From positions 1 to 54,188 of the forward strand of contig NW_021833823.1 of NCBI RefSeq assembly GCF_006345805.1: a stretch of 54,188 bases of DNA, given 5' to 3'. This stretch comes from Octopus sinensis. Its lineage: Eukaryota. Of the stretch, positions 12,007 to 25,565 are shown piece by piece; the stretch's first letter is position 1; the number at the start of each line of letters is the position of its first letter. Below the pieces are notes generated by a model. It saw nothing but the letters and a program-made list of their open reading frames with translations, did not search any database and was not told the origin of the DNA. The translations under genes were made by a program, and so were the position numbers.

Positions 12007-12335
12007 GTAGCCAAACCAGTAGGTGTCGCTTCCGACAATCTCTGTTCAAAGGTTTTATTTACCTAGCTTCGGTGGAATACATCCACTTGTTTTCAATAAT
12101 AGAAATATTAAAATTGTTAAGTCTCTCTAAAAGAGAACAACGGCAGCGTTCCCGGAAAATATTAGTTATCGCCATACTAATATGGCATTCTTATAAAATT
12201 AAGAATAAAGCTGACCACTTATTAGTAATTTTAATATTTCTATTATTGAAAACAAGTGGATGTATTCCACCGAAGCTAGGTAAATAAAACCTTTGAACAG
12301 AGATTGTCGGAAGCGACACCTACTGGTTTGGCTAC

Positions 12336-12377
12336 GCTGCATTGAAAAGGGGCAATACCCCGAAACGCGTCTGTAGC
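12336..12377 (+). ncRNA. Minimal type I hammerhead ribozyme (U3-A8 core)
   Basis: gctgca ttgaaaa gggg caata cccc gaaa cgcgtc tgtagc; stem I 6 bp (one G-U), stem II 4 bp, palindromic ACGCGU stem III, GUC cleavage triplet ending at 12371. Confidence 0.8.
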
Positions 12378-12698
12378 TGCCGGCCGAGTAGTGTGGAGCG
12401 ACTGACCTCCCTTGTTCAAAGGTTATATGGATACAGTTTGTGTATCAAATAGCTAATTTAAGGCGATGGCCTCATGGAGCTAATAAGCGGTCAGCTTTAT
12501 TCTTATTTTTATAAGAATGCCATATTAGTATGGCGATAACTAATATTTTCCGGGAAGGCTGCCGTTGTTCTCTTTTAGAGAGACTTAGTAATTTTAATAT
12601 TTCTATTATTGAAAACAAGTGGATGTATTCCACCGAAGCTAGGTAAATAAAACCTTTGAACAGAGATTGTCGGAAGCGACACCTACTGGTTTGGCTAC

Positions 12699-12740
12699 GC
12701 TGCATTGAAAAGGGGCAATACCCCGAAACGCGTCTGTAGC
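12699..12740 (+). ncRNA. Minimal type I hammerhead ribozyme (U3-A8 core)
   Basis: Identical motif, GUC ending at 12734. Confidence 0.8.
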
Positions 12741-12895
12741 TGCGGCCAAGTAGTGTGGAGCGACTGACCTCCCTTGTTCAAAGGTTATATGATACAGTTT
12801 GTGTATCAAATAGCTAACTTAAGGCGATGGCCTCATGGAGCTAATAAGCGGTCAGCTTTATTCTTATTTTTATAGATGCCATATTAGTATGGCGA

Positions 12896-12967
<72 letters not shown>

Positions 12968-13091
12968 GTATGCACGTATGTATATATAAAATAATTTTAT
13001 ATATAAAATTAATAAAAATATTATATAAACATTTACAAGTAGAATAACCATAAAACGATGTTTTATGAGGTGTCTACATACGTCTGTCATG

Positions 13092-13155
<64 letters not shown>

Positions 13156-13709
13156 TGCAAAATGTACTTAAGTATATGTATGATTATATATATATATATT
13201 CATGTGTATGAAAATATCAACTTATCTATATTTGTGTTTGCATATGCGTATGCAATTATGTGTATAAACTTGTATATGTATTTCTACAAATGTGAATCGG
13301 TATAAATAAATAAAATAAAATGAAATGAAATAAAATAAAATTCGTCGTGAATCCTTAAGCAGCGTAATTGAAAGGAAAACTTTGTTACGTGTGGAATCTA
13401 GTGAATATGAAAATTTATAAAAGTATAAAACGTGAATAGAGATCTAAGATGTGTTAATATTTAATCATGCCATGTACAAAAGCAGACTTGCAACTCTCTG
13501 AATTTCAGAGAGGCCGTAATGTGGTGGACATAGCGTAATATCCATAGTCACAGCAATCCATGTCAAAGCAATCCATTTGAAACATGGGTGATACCGATAT
13601 TTGCCAGCTGAGTGGACGGGAGCTACGTGAAATGAAGTGTGTTGCTCAAGAACATAACATGGGTATGGAACTCATGACCTTACTATCATGTGCCTAAACA
13701 CACACGCTA

Positions 13710-13764
<55 letters not shown>

Positions 13765-13837
13765 TATATAAGTATGTATAGATAAATATATAGAAACTAA
13801 CACGTGTGTGAAATATTGTAATATACGAACAGATGTT

Positions 13838-14235
13838 CTCTTTTACTTGTTGCAGTCATTTCACTGTGGCCATACTGGAGCACCGCCTTTAGTCGAGCAA
13901 ATCGACCCCAGGACTTATTCTTTGTAAGCCTAGTATTTATTCTATCGGTCTCTTTTGCCGAACCCTTAAGTTTCGAGGACGTAAACATAGCAGTATCGAC
14001 TGTCAAGCGATGTTGGTGGGACAAACACAGACACACAAACACATACACATACACACACATATATATACATATATACGACGGGCTTCTTTCAGTTTCCATC
14101 TACCAAATCCACTCACAAAGCTTTGATCGGCTCGAGGCTATAGAAGACACTTGCCTAAGGTGCTACACAGTGGGACTGAACCCGGAACCATGTGGTTGGT
14201 AAGCAACCTACTTACCACACAGCCACTCCTACGCC
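13838..14235 (-). mobile_element. SINE family B with internal microsatellite, full length
   Basis: Reverse complement of ggcgtaggagtggctgtgtggtaag...ggttccgggttcagtcccac...gactgcaacaagtaaaagag; homologous to 26201 and 41664. Confidence 0.85.
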
Positions 14236-14798
14236 TATTGGTCAACGTTTTTCACACTAATCACTATATTTATGTTTCCACCAATCATCACCCACACAAA
14301 AAATATTAAACAACGCAAGAACAATCAATGTTAGGGTCAGAGGTGATTTCCCCCTTTTTTTTTCTACTTCAAGACATCTATCAACAAGTTAGATGATAAT
14401 GGAAATCAATGATGCAATAAACAATGTATTAGTCGGTGTATTTTGCTTCTATCTATCTCTGTATATAACAACAGATTCAAAGTATTTCACAAATATACAC
14501 AAATATTTTAATGGCGTTTGGCTCTTCACCAACTTCAAAAGTCACTTTATACCTACATAAAGACATACATACACATATACATATAGATGCATGCATGTAA
14601 ACATTACATACATACATACACACATACACACATACATACATAGATAACATATGTATATAAACATAGATATGAATACATACAAACACATACTCATATATAT
14701 GTATATAGTCATAAGACTATATGTATACAGGTTTTTCACTCACTCTGACTCTCACCTTCTCTCTCTCTCTCTCTCTCGCGTCACTCTTTTATATATAT

Positions 14799-14834
<36 letters not shown>

Positions 14835-15123
14835 CTTATAGACACACACACACCTATATGACTATTTGTACATGTAACTAGAGTTATAATGTATGTATAT
14901 ATATATGAATATATGTATATATATATATATATTATAGAGTTTATATATATGTAATGTATATATATATGAATATATGTATATATATATATATATATATATC
15001 AATCTCTATATACATATGTATAGGGTAAATATATCCACACACATAAAAACATATTTATATATATATATATATCAATCTCTATATACATATGTATAGGTAT
15101 ATAATATATCCACACACATAAAA

Positions 15124-15166
<43 letters not shown>

Positions 15167-15289
15167 TGACAGAGATCTGTGTACGAGTGTAGAAAATATA
15201 TTTAAATACAAACATACATACATATAAACACGCATGCCTACATCTACACACCCATATATATATATATCTATATATATAATATAATATAG

Positions 15290-15321
<32 letters not shown>

Positions 15322-15361
15322 ATCCCTCACACATCCATATAGTTAAATACATTCAAAGGAT

Positions 15362-15425
<64 letters not shown>

Positions 15426-15705
15426 CTGTGTGTGTGTATGTGTGAGTGTGTGAACGCGCGTGTCTCTGTGTATGCGCATTCTTATAGATTATTTATGTAA
15501 TCAAATTCAAGCCAGAAATATAATCAGTGACCGAAACAAGCATTATTGAGCAAACACTGACATTTTTGTGTATTGCCATCAATAGTATGAACCGTTAATA
15601 AGGAGACGTGGTTGTTGGGATATTGTTGGCGCGAGATGGATGTTGTTGTTTTCGTTACTGGGCGCAACGCTAGTTATATATGTATATGCATGTGTTTATA
15701 CACAC

Positions 15706-15740
<35 letters not shown>

Positions 15741-15741
<1 letters not shown>

Positions 15742-15958
15742 GGCAGAAACGTTAGCACGCCGGGCGAAATGCGTAGCCGTATTTCGTCTGCCGTTACGTT
15801 CTGAGTTCAAATTCCGCCGAGGTCGACTTTGCCTTTCATCCTTTCGGGGTCGATTAAATAAGTACCAGTTACGCACTGGGGTCGATATAATCGACTTAAT
15901 CCGTTTGTCTGTCCTTGTTTGTCCCCTCTGTGTTTAGCCCCTTGTGGGTAGTAAAGAA

Positions 15959-15960
<2 letters not shown>
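15741..15960 (+). mobile_element. SINE family A
   Basis: Near-identical to 1299-1536. Confidence 0.85.
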
Positions 15961-15993
<33 letters not shown>

Positions 15994-16499
15994 TTAACAC
16001 ACATACACACACACAGAGACATATATGTATATGTACAAATATATATTTGATTAATATATATATAGATATATATATAGATATAACCTTGTTACGACACTGT
16101 GTGTACACGTCTTTTTCTCTCCCTCAACTCTTTCACACACATACACACATAAATTTTAACCCCCACTCACATTTATGGACATACATGTAGATATATGTAT
16201 GGGTTACTGTAAAGGAGTATATATCATATATATATATATTATATATATATATATATATAATATATATATATAATCATGTCAAAGGAAAATGGAATTTTAT
16301 TAAAAATATGAACATTCAATCAAAATTTACATTTCAAGTGGTCTAACGTGCAAAAAATATTAGTCAAGAAGAATATATATTCTGTCGAATTTTATCCGTT
16401 ATTTTTGTGGTTTACAGAACCTAGCTGTTCTTTCTAGCGTGCTGAATTCCCTGTAGGTGGATTCCTTATGTGTTTAAATATACACTATATCGTATGACT

Positions 16500-16531
<32 letters not shown>

Positions 16532-16927
16532 CATAAATACATACATATGCTTATATGCATATTTATATAAAAGTATGTATATCATATATTTATACATACA
16601 TATATAAGCGAGTGTGTATATGACTGATGTTTCCACGCGTGCGTTCTGTGTTGCGTGCTTGTGTTGTTGTATGGTCTTCCAAACTTGTCATAGAAGTCAG
16701 ACTACCTTTTGATGAATAATTGTATTTACCTTAAATTTGTCAGTTAATTTAACCTTTTATGAGCAACTTTTGTACCAAACTGTCAAACAGAACCGGGTGT
16801 GGTTTATGACGTTGTTTATACGTTCATGCATATACTACAGCACATAGACGGATAGATACACATACTCACATACATATATACATACACGAAGTCACACATA
16901 TATGCATTCATATATATAGATATATAT

Positions 16928-16981
<54 letters not shown>

Positions 16982-17785
16982 TATATAATTTCAACAATTG
17001 AGGGCAAAATTAATTAATTATTAATCAAGTTTTTAGCTGCTATTTCTAATGAGTTCAGTATGCGGCAAAGTAATTTATTTACTAAGCCCTTTTATATAAT
17101 ATATATATATATATATTATATATTATATATGTATAGATAGATAGATAGATAGATAGATAAAACTTACTTGGAAAAGGATGCGTCGCGTTCGATCATAAAA
17201 TAATATAAATGATATATAAATTTATGCATATATACATATATGTACATACCTACATATAGATGTATATATACATGCATATATGTGTAAAGGACATCAAAAG
17301 AAAAAAAACGTTGAGCGCAATGAAAAACAAAAACATAAAAACAAAAGCAAATAAAATGAACTATTTTTCGAACAACGAAAAAAACAGAGAAACGACACGT
17401 GCAACATAAAGAATATCCCCCTTCATCAGTTGTCCCTCTTTCATCTACTTTCATCAACTTTCCAGGAAGCCCCCAAATCCTCGGAACTTTCCATGAAATA
17501 CTCGGAATTTTCCAGAAAGTCCCAACCTGGGAACTTTCTAGGAAGTGCCATTCTCTGAAATTTCGTGGAAGTCCCTTCCTCGGAAATTTCCAGGAATTAC
17601 ATACATGCACACATATACATACATGCACACATACATACATATACACACATACATGCATGTAGGGTATGTTATTGTTATGTGTTGTGCAATGAAATACAAG
17701 TTGCACATTAACAAGTTCAAAGAGACTGAATACAGAACTTGTAGCTAAATACTTGTATATCTATCTATCTATCTATCTATCTATC

Positions 17786-17828
<43 letters not shown>

Positions 17829-17856
17829 CTATATCTATCTATCTCTATATATATAT

Positions 17857-20750
17857 GGACTAAGTTTCATGGACTGTTTTAGGTTGACATAGGATTGGAA
17901 AATGTAATAAAAATGCAGTAGTACCTTTGACGTTTTGTACTGATATTATTCTGATTGCCACCAACACTCTGTTTAAGCAGAAAAATAAATATAAAACAAC
18001 CTGGATGCACCCAAGTTCAAAGCAATGGCATCTCATAGATTATATTCTGATCAGAAAACGTGATATGAAAGACGTTTCTAGTGTTCAGGCCATGAGAGGA
18101 GCAGTAGACTAGACTGACCATCATGTAGTGCGTGGAATAATAGATTTTTTGATAATGCTTAAAAATCGACAGTCTGGTTCTAAGGTACCCAAAAATGTTG
18201 CAAACTTTAAATTATCAAGCAAACTTTAAATTATCAACTTGCAAAGATTCAACGATGCTATAGAGAGTATCAATCTTCATCCAAACAAAATATGGGAAGA
18301 TTTCAAAACAAAAATATTTCAGTCTACAAGTTCGTCAGTGGGATTTAAATCACATAAGTCCAGTGATTGGTTCTCAGATAGATCAGAAGAAATTCATGAT
18401 TTACGTTTAGAAAAACAAGACTTAGGCAATACATTTCTTTCCCTGTCCTTGAACCCCAACTCAAACGAAGCTCGCAGAAAGCCGAAAAGGAAAGTGCAGA
18501 CTGCTCTAAGGAAAATTAAACAGGAGTAGCGGAATGATAGAGAAAAGGGAGCACAAGAAGCAGCTGATAGAAATGATGCCAAGAGTTTGTACTTTTACGT
18601 TAATGATGTATATGGCTCAAAATCTTCTTCAGTGAGAACAGCAAACGGACGTTTGCTTCTGATTGACACCGCTTCTAATCATAAGCGCTGGGTAGAGTTG
18701 ACATGGGGACGATAGAAAACATCGAACACCTTCCAGTTATAGAAGAAAGTGCATTTGAACCAGTTCTAAATGATATTTATTTAGCTGTGAATAAGCTGAA
18801 TAACAATAATTTTCCAGGGTCTGATGGAATCCGTGCAGAGGTTTTGAAATATGAGGGTGACAAAATGTTTGAACTCTTAAATGTATTAATTTGTCACTGT
18901 TAGAGAACTGAGAAAGTGCCTCAAGACTGGATTGATGCCATTTTAGTCTCCTTGTATAAATCATGGCCAAAGGATCTGTCTGACAATTTTCGTGGGATTT
19001 TGCGTTTGTCTGTGGTTGGAAAGGTACATGCACGCGTTTTGTGAGCACGTTTAAATAACTTTATAGTTCTAAATATAGTGCCCGAGTCTCAGTGTGGCTT
19101 TCGTTCCTACAAAAGCACAGCTGATTGTATCTTTACTGTCAGACAAATACAAGAAAAGTGCATTGTACTGAATCTTGCTCCAAACCATTGGTTTGTTGAT
19201 TTGAACAAAGCATTCGATACTGTTAATCGAAATGTTCTGTGGCGAGGTTGCCCCCAAAATTTGTAAGCATGATCAGGATATGAAAGCTAGAGTTAACTTT
19301 TTCGGTAGGCTCTCTGGATCTTTTGACGTAAAAAATAGAGTAAAGCAAGGAAACCTTGATGCACTCACCCTCTTTGCAATATACTTTGTTGTTGTGTTGT
19401 CAAATAATTTTCAAAACTACGAGGAGAGTATTTACATAAAATATCGAACAACCAGGAATGTTTTTAATCTGAACAGACGGAAATTCAAAACGAAGGTTTT
19501 TACTTCACTAATTAGGGAACGTTTTTACGCTGACGGTTGCAATCTTGTCGGTCATTCTGAAACAGGTCTGCAATTTCTTGTATCTGCATTTGTCTCGGCT
19601 TGTGATGATTTTGGCTTGACTATCAACTTGAAAAAAGCAGTTGTAATGCACCAACCTGCGTATAGTGCTGTTTGTAACCCCACCAAAACTTTTGTGAAGT
19701 GTAAGTTACTTGAGGTTGTCAATTCGTTCATCTACGTTGGAAGCTCTGTTCAAAATGATAGAAATCTTGATACAGAAATACACCTGCAAATTCAAAGGGC
19801 AGCAAAAGTATTTGGTGACTTGGTGTCACGCGTTTGGTGCCAGTGACATATAAATAAGAATACAAAGCTGGCTCTTTACAAATCATTTGCCTTACCATCC
19901 TTGTTGTTTTCCTTTGAAACTTGGACTTGTTATGAAAGTCATTTTAAATTGTTAGAACAACTCTACCAAAAATGCCTTCATCGCATTTTGAAAATTAAAT
20001 GGAGTTCTGTTACACAGATGTCTTTGCATCTGCAGGCATCACCTCAATTGAAGCTATGATTTTGAGGAACCACATGATATGGTGTGGCCATATTGTTCGA
20101 ATGGCAGATGAACGCATGCCGAAACAACTGTTTTATGGTGAGCTTGCAGAAGAGAACCGCTATCGGCGTAAACATATAAAAAGTTTTAAGGACAGCATAA
20201 GGACTACTATGAAGTTATTTGGAGAGGATCCAGAAGACATAGAAACACTTGTTTCGGATGGAGTTGGTTGGCGAACAAAAGTGTGGAGTGGAATGAAAGC
20301 ATTTGAAGAGGCCAAGATAACGCATGTAAGACTCAAAAGAAATCTAAAGAAGATTGTAACGATCGAGAAAGTGAATGTCAACGACCTTTTTGTGTGCAGT
20401 CTGTGACAGACTATACCTGTCTATTGCTGGACTCAAATCTTATCTGTGAACTCATGGAAAACGAACCTCCACCAACTAATCAATGCACACCTTTGTCTGT
20501 GCACACTTTTGAATGCAGTATATGCCAGAATGTTTGTAAAATCCAACGGAGGCCCCAAAAGATATTTTAAGATTCAGAAAAATCAGAACTTATCTACAGC
20601 TCTTCGTGGTACAAATCAGATGTGCAATCTATGTGGTTGGCTTTTCAGAACGTTGTCTGGTTTAAAAAGCCCCATCAGATGTGCTAAAGTGCTAAGGTGT
20701 AGGTACAGGAGGTGGTCAAACTCTGCATAAGGAGTAGACGACCACCACAA
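17857..20750 (+). pseudogene. Decayed RTE-clade LINE ORF2 (AP-endonuclease C-terminus, RT, C-terminal C2H2-like fingers), 5'-truncated
   Basis: TWMHPSSKQWHLIDYILIR...TDH (APE); PESQCGFR..STADCIF, FVDLNKAFDTV, VKQG, FYADG for YADD (RT); RMPKQLFYGEL (typical RTE C-terminus); many stops and frameshifts. Confidence 0.92.
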
Positions 20751-20852
20751 ACATATATATATATATATATGAGGTCTACTCATTTATATATAACTATATA
20801 CATTTATTTCTATTTAAGCGTGTATATATGTATATGCGTGTGAATATACACA

Positions 20853-20930
<78 letters not shown>

Positions 20931-21353
20931 TGTTAATATAAAACATTACATACGTTCATATTTGTGTGCGCAGGCGTGTCTGTGTGGGGTCGTTGACAAA
21001 CACAGCATGTGTTGTAACGTGTGTTTGTCGGAATAGTGACGCGAAGCATGCCGGAAGTTCAGCTTGTAATCAATCCTAATTGTCTTGTAGTCTACCGGAA
21101 GCCGCCTTGTCAATCAATTACCGGCTAAGACTTGTTAATTTAAATGAAAATAAATACCAGTATGCTATATCTACATCCATAAGGACAAGTATATATATAT
21201 GTATTTACAGACCAAGTCGAAAACATACTCTCACATATACACACTCTCTCTCACACACACACACACGCACACATATTTGCATATACATACAAACACCCCC
21301 ACACACACCATATATATATATATGTATATATATATATGTATATTATATATATT

Positions 21354-21410
<57 letters not shown>

Positions 21411-21731
21411 CACGTGCGCGCGCACATACAGACACATATATGTGTACACACTGACGTACACATATACGCATAAATGTACGCAATACATACTTATGTATCT
21501 ATTTATCTACTTGTCTAGCTAACTACTTATCCATCTCTATAATTTATGAATTTGTATGTATGTATGTATGTGTGTACATATATATATATAATGTGTGTGT
21601 GTGTGCGCGTATGTTTCTATGTATACGTGTATCCATATATACATTCACATATATACATATATGCATACAAAAATACATACATACATGCACACACGCGCGC
21701 ACACACACTCACACACACACACACACACACT

Positions 21732-21793
<62 letters not shown>

Positions 21794-22069
21794 CGACGGG
21801 TTTCTTCAGTGAAAGGAGGATGAGTTATTTATGATTTTATTCAACATACTTCCTTCTTTGATTTACACACTTTTCGCAGCGGTTCTTCAGCTTTTCCAAC
21901 TCCCAGCCCAATAAAAGAACTTGGATCGTTGTCTTCCAGCCAATCCTTTCACTGTACCTTTAAATCCAGAAACTCTTCAGGCACCGCCTCTTGTATGTCT
22001 ATATATAGATAGATTTGTGTGTATGTACATAGAGAGATATGTGCGTATGCCGCATGGCACCTGTGAGAG

Positions 22070-22625
22070 AACATGGCTTGCTATCGTGGTTTCTGTCCAT
22101 AGACCCAGTGGTGCCTTGTGTTCTTGAGCAAATCACTTCATCTCATATTGCTCTGCGATCCCTTCAACACCTGCCGTGTGGTACACCTGTGCACCTGTTC
22201 AGACATCGTCGATTTGATGGAGAAAGAGAGCTAATGTGCGGCACGAACACTTGACCGCTATAAAAAAAAACGATAAACGTCACCCTTACCAAGCCTAGCC
22301 AGGCTCATGGGCCCGGTTTCCCGGTTTCTGTGGAGTATGTGTTCCCCACATCTAGACAGGACGCAACTCCATCGCAGCGTTACTCAAGAAACAGGAACAG
22401 AGAGTGAGAGAAAGTTGTGGCGAAAGAGTACAACAGGGGTCGCCACCCATCCCCCTGCCGGAGCCTCGTGGATCTTTTAGGCGTTTTCGCTCAATAAACA
22501 CACACAACGCTCGATCTGGGAATCGAAACCGCGATCCTTCGACCGCGATACCGCTGCCTTAACCACTGGGGCCATTGCGCCTCCACACTTGACCGCTATA
22601 GACCAGACATTTGTGCAGGTTGTTC
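22070..22625 (+). mobile_element. SINE family E, interrupted by a family C insertion
   Basis: gtgttcttgagcaaatcacttcatctcatattgctctg; related reverse copy at ~46520-46640. Confidence 0.55.
22263..22586 (-). mobile_element. tRNA-derived SINE family C, full length, with 16-bp TSD
   Basis: Head gtggaggcgcaatggccccagtgg, gtttcgattccc B-box; TSD acacttgaccgctata at 22247-22262 and 22585-22600. Confidence 0.85.
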
Positions 22626-22930
22626 GGCAAAATCTGACTGCTCATACGTCACCTTCGACGGGAGTGTCCATCAGCATATATGGCCACCATCCAGTTTCCG
22701 CTGTCCAAGTTCATTTAGACGGCATTGGTGACTCCCGATCAAAACTAGAACACACACAAATTTCCGCACTGCAGTGGGACCGAAACGTAACTCACATGAG
22801 CTTCTTAACTGCAGAGTCATACCGAATAAGCCATTCAGCAATCTTATCATGAAATCATTCAAGTTCGCTACATCTGATTAGAACTCATTCCATTCAAACG
22901 ATATACATATACATACATACATACATACAT

Positions 22931-23038
<108 letters not shown>

Positions 23039-23811
23039 GTATATATATACACACATATGTGTATATATGCATGTATATATGGGGTTATGTATATATATAT
23101 ATATATATATGCAAATATATACATTATACATATATATGTATGCATGTATGGATGGATGTATGTATGTATATATGTATGCATGTATGTATGTATGCATGTA
23201 TGCATGTATGTATGTATATATGTATATATGTAAGTATGTATGTATGTATGTATGTACGTATGGATGGATGTATGTAGAGACAGAGAGCTCTGCCAACCAT
23301 AATAGAGTTTTATTGGGAATATATGTCACTGATATTTTAGAAGCTGGCACTGTATGACGTCTGACGATAAATGGGAGATTCTAGAGATGAAAGTTCTATC
23401 TGCAACGGAATATAACATCGTAAGCGTACTCATAGAATCACACACAGAGAGACACACACACGCACACAAAAACATATACATATATATATGCATCTATCTA
23501 TATAATTATGTATGCATAATGTCTATATTTTTGTGAATGTGCGTGCGTGTGTTTTAGTGTGTGCGTGTGAATACCGTGACTCTATATAAAGAATTGAGAA
23601 CGAAGAAAAACGAAAACCAACTGTTTAATAAGTTCGGTAGAGAAATCATTGTTAAATGGTTGCTGAATTTGAAAAATGCTAATTTTAACGTTTCGGATAT
23701 TTAACTTTCTTCGAAATAATGAATAGAGCGAAAATTGGGGGAGCAGTACCAGAGGAAAAACGAAATAGACGCATATACCTTTGTTTCTTCCTGTGTCTTA
23801 CGCTCTCTCCG

Positions 23812-23844
<33 letters not shown>

Positions 23845-24049
23845 ATATATATATATTATATATTTCACTTAGATACTCTGTGCATGCATGTGCAAGCGTA
23901 AGATGGATACGTTACACTATTTCATACTCAAACTGCTATGTCTAATATATCTAATCTGTTTATCCGCATAATTGCCTCTATAGAAGTATGTATATACGTA
24001 GGTATATATGTATATATGTATGTATATATGTATATATGTGTGTATATAT

Positions 24050-24230
24050 AGGGAGAGTTCACGAAAAAATACGAAGACAGGTGTAGAAAACAAACAGATG
24101 TATTAGTATAACGCTCGGGAATTGAAAAAGTATTTTACGTTTCGAGCCTACGCTCTTCCGCAGAAAGGAACGGAGAAAGAAACAAGGAGAGAAAAAAATG
24201 TGTGTAGTGGCTACCGATCAATCATGGCGA
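24050..24230 (-). mobile_element. PLE-type terminal-repeat fragment with HHR-like motif (24133-24167)
   Basis: Reverse homolog of 5107-5270. Confidence 0.6.
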
Positions 24231-24318
24231 CTGTGTGTGTGTACACACACACACACATATATATATATGTATGTGTATGTATATATGTATGTATATATAT
24301 ATGTAAACATATATACAT

Positions 24319-24349
<31 letters not shown>

Positions 24350-24719
24350 CATATACACACATACACACACACACTCATCTATATATACATAACTTTTTCT
24401 GTCTCTAACTCTCTCTAACGATAGATAAATAGATAGATAGATAAATGTACATATAAATGTATATACGCACGCACTTAATACACATACATATATAAATATA
24501 CTTATGCATGCATGAATTCATACGCATAAAATCTCCAGTGGCGTTATGCTTTCATTGCACACACCACCAACTTGCCATCCACGTTACATTATATTAGATT
24601 GTTATTATACACACCTTAAATAAACATTATTAAAACTAAATTATCATCATTTTTACAGAGAATTACAGCCGTTTTGTGAAGAACGTTTAAGCGTAGATGT
24701 TGTTTGTCACTGCATGAAT

Positions 24720-25560
24720 GTAATGGTGGTGGTGGTGGTGGTGGTGGTGATATTGGTTGTGTTTGCGCGGGTGATAATGATGGTGGTCATAGTGGTGATC
24801 GTGAGATTGTAAGTGGTGATGATGGTGGTGGTGGTGGTGATGGTGGTGATGATTTTTATTTCTTCGTAATGATGGTGGTGGCGGGTTTGGTGATAAGCTT
24901 AGTAGATGTGTTTAGTATGTGTCGTGGCGGTGTTGGTAGCGATAGAGTCATTGATGGTGGTGGTGGTGGTGGTGGTGGTGGTGGTTTGTGGCGGAGGCGG
25001 TGTTGGTGGTGTGGAAGATGGTATAGGGGGTTTGGTGGTTTTTTTTTGTAGGTGGAGTGGTGTGGGTGTTCTGAGTGATTATTGGTGGAATGGTGGTGCA
25101 GTGGAGCAGTGGTGGAAATGTGATGGTGGCGGTGGTAGCTTGGTGGTCTTGTTGCAGTGGTGTTGCTGGAGTGCTACTGGTGGTAGTGGCGGTGATGTTG
25201 GTGCTGGTGATGGTTGTGGTGGTGGTGGTGGTGGTGGTGGTGGTGTGGTGGTAGGATGGTTGGTGGAGTTTGTAATGTTTACTAGTAGTCACATTGTTTC
25301 GAGTATTAGTAATGCTTTTGATGTTGGTTGTGGTGTTGGTGGTGGCGGTGGTGTGCTGGTGGTGGTAGTGGTGGTTGTGGTGTTGTCATTGGTGGTACTG
25401 ATATTGATGGTGTTGGTGGTGGTGATACTGATGGTATCGGTGTTGGTGTTGGTATTGGTGGTGGTGGTGGACGTAGTGATGGGTTTGGATGTAGTGGTGG
25501 TAGTGGTATGGTGGCGATGGCGGCGGCGGTGGCGGTAGTGGTCGTAGATATTGGTGATCG
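24720..25560. repeat. (GGT)-rich low-complexity tract
   Basis: Directly visible. Confidence 0.9.
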
Positions 25561-25565
25561 TGGAT

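Noticed and set aside
22589-22852. 87-aa ORF
   Set aside because: Starts inside a SINE TSD and host SINE tail; no recognisable motif
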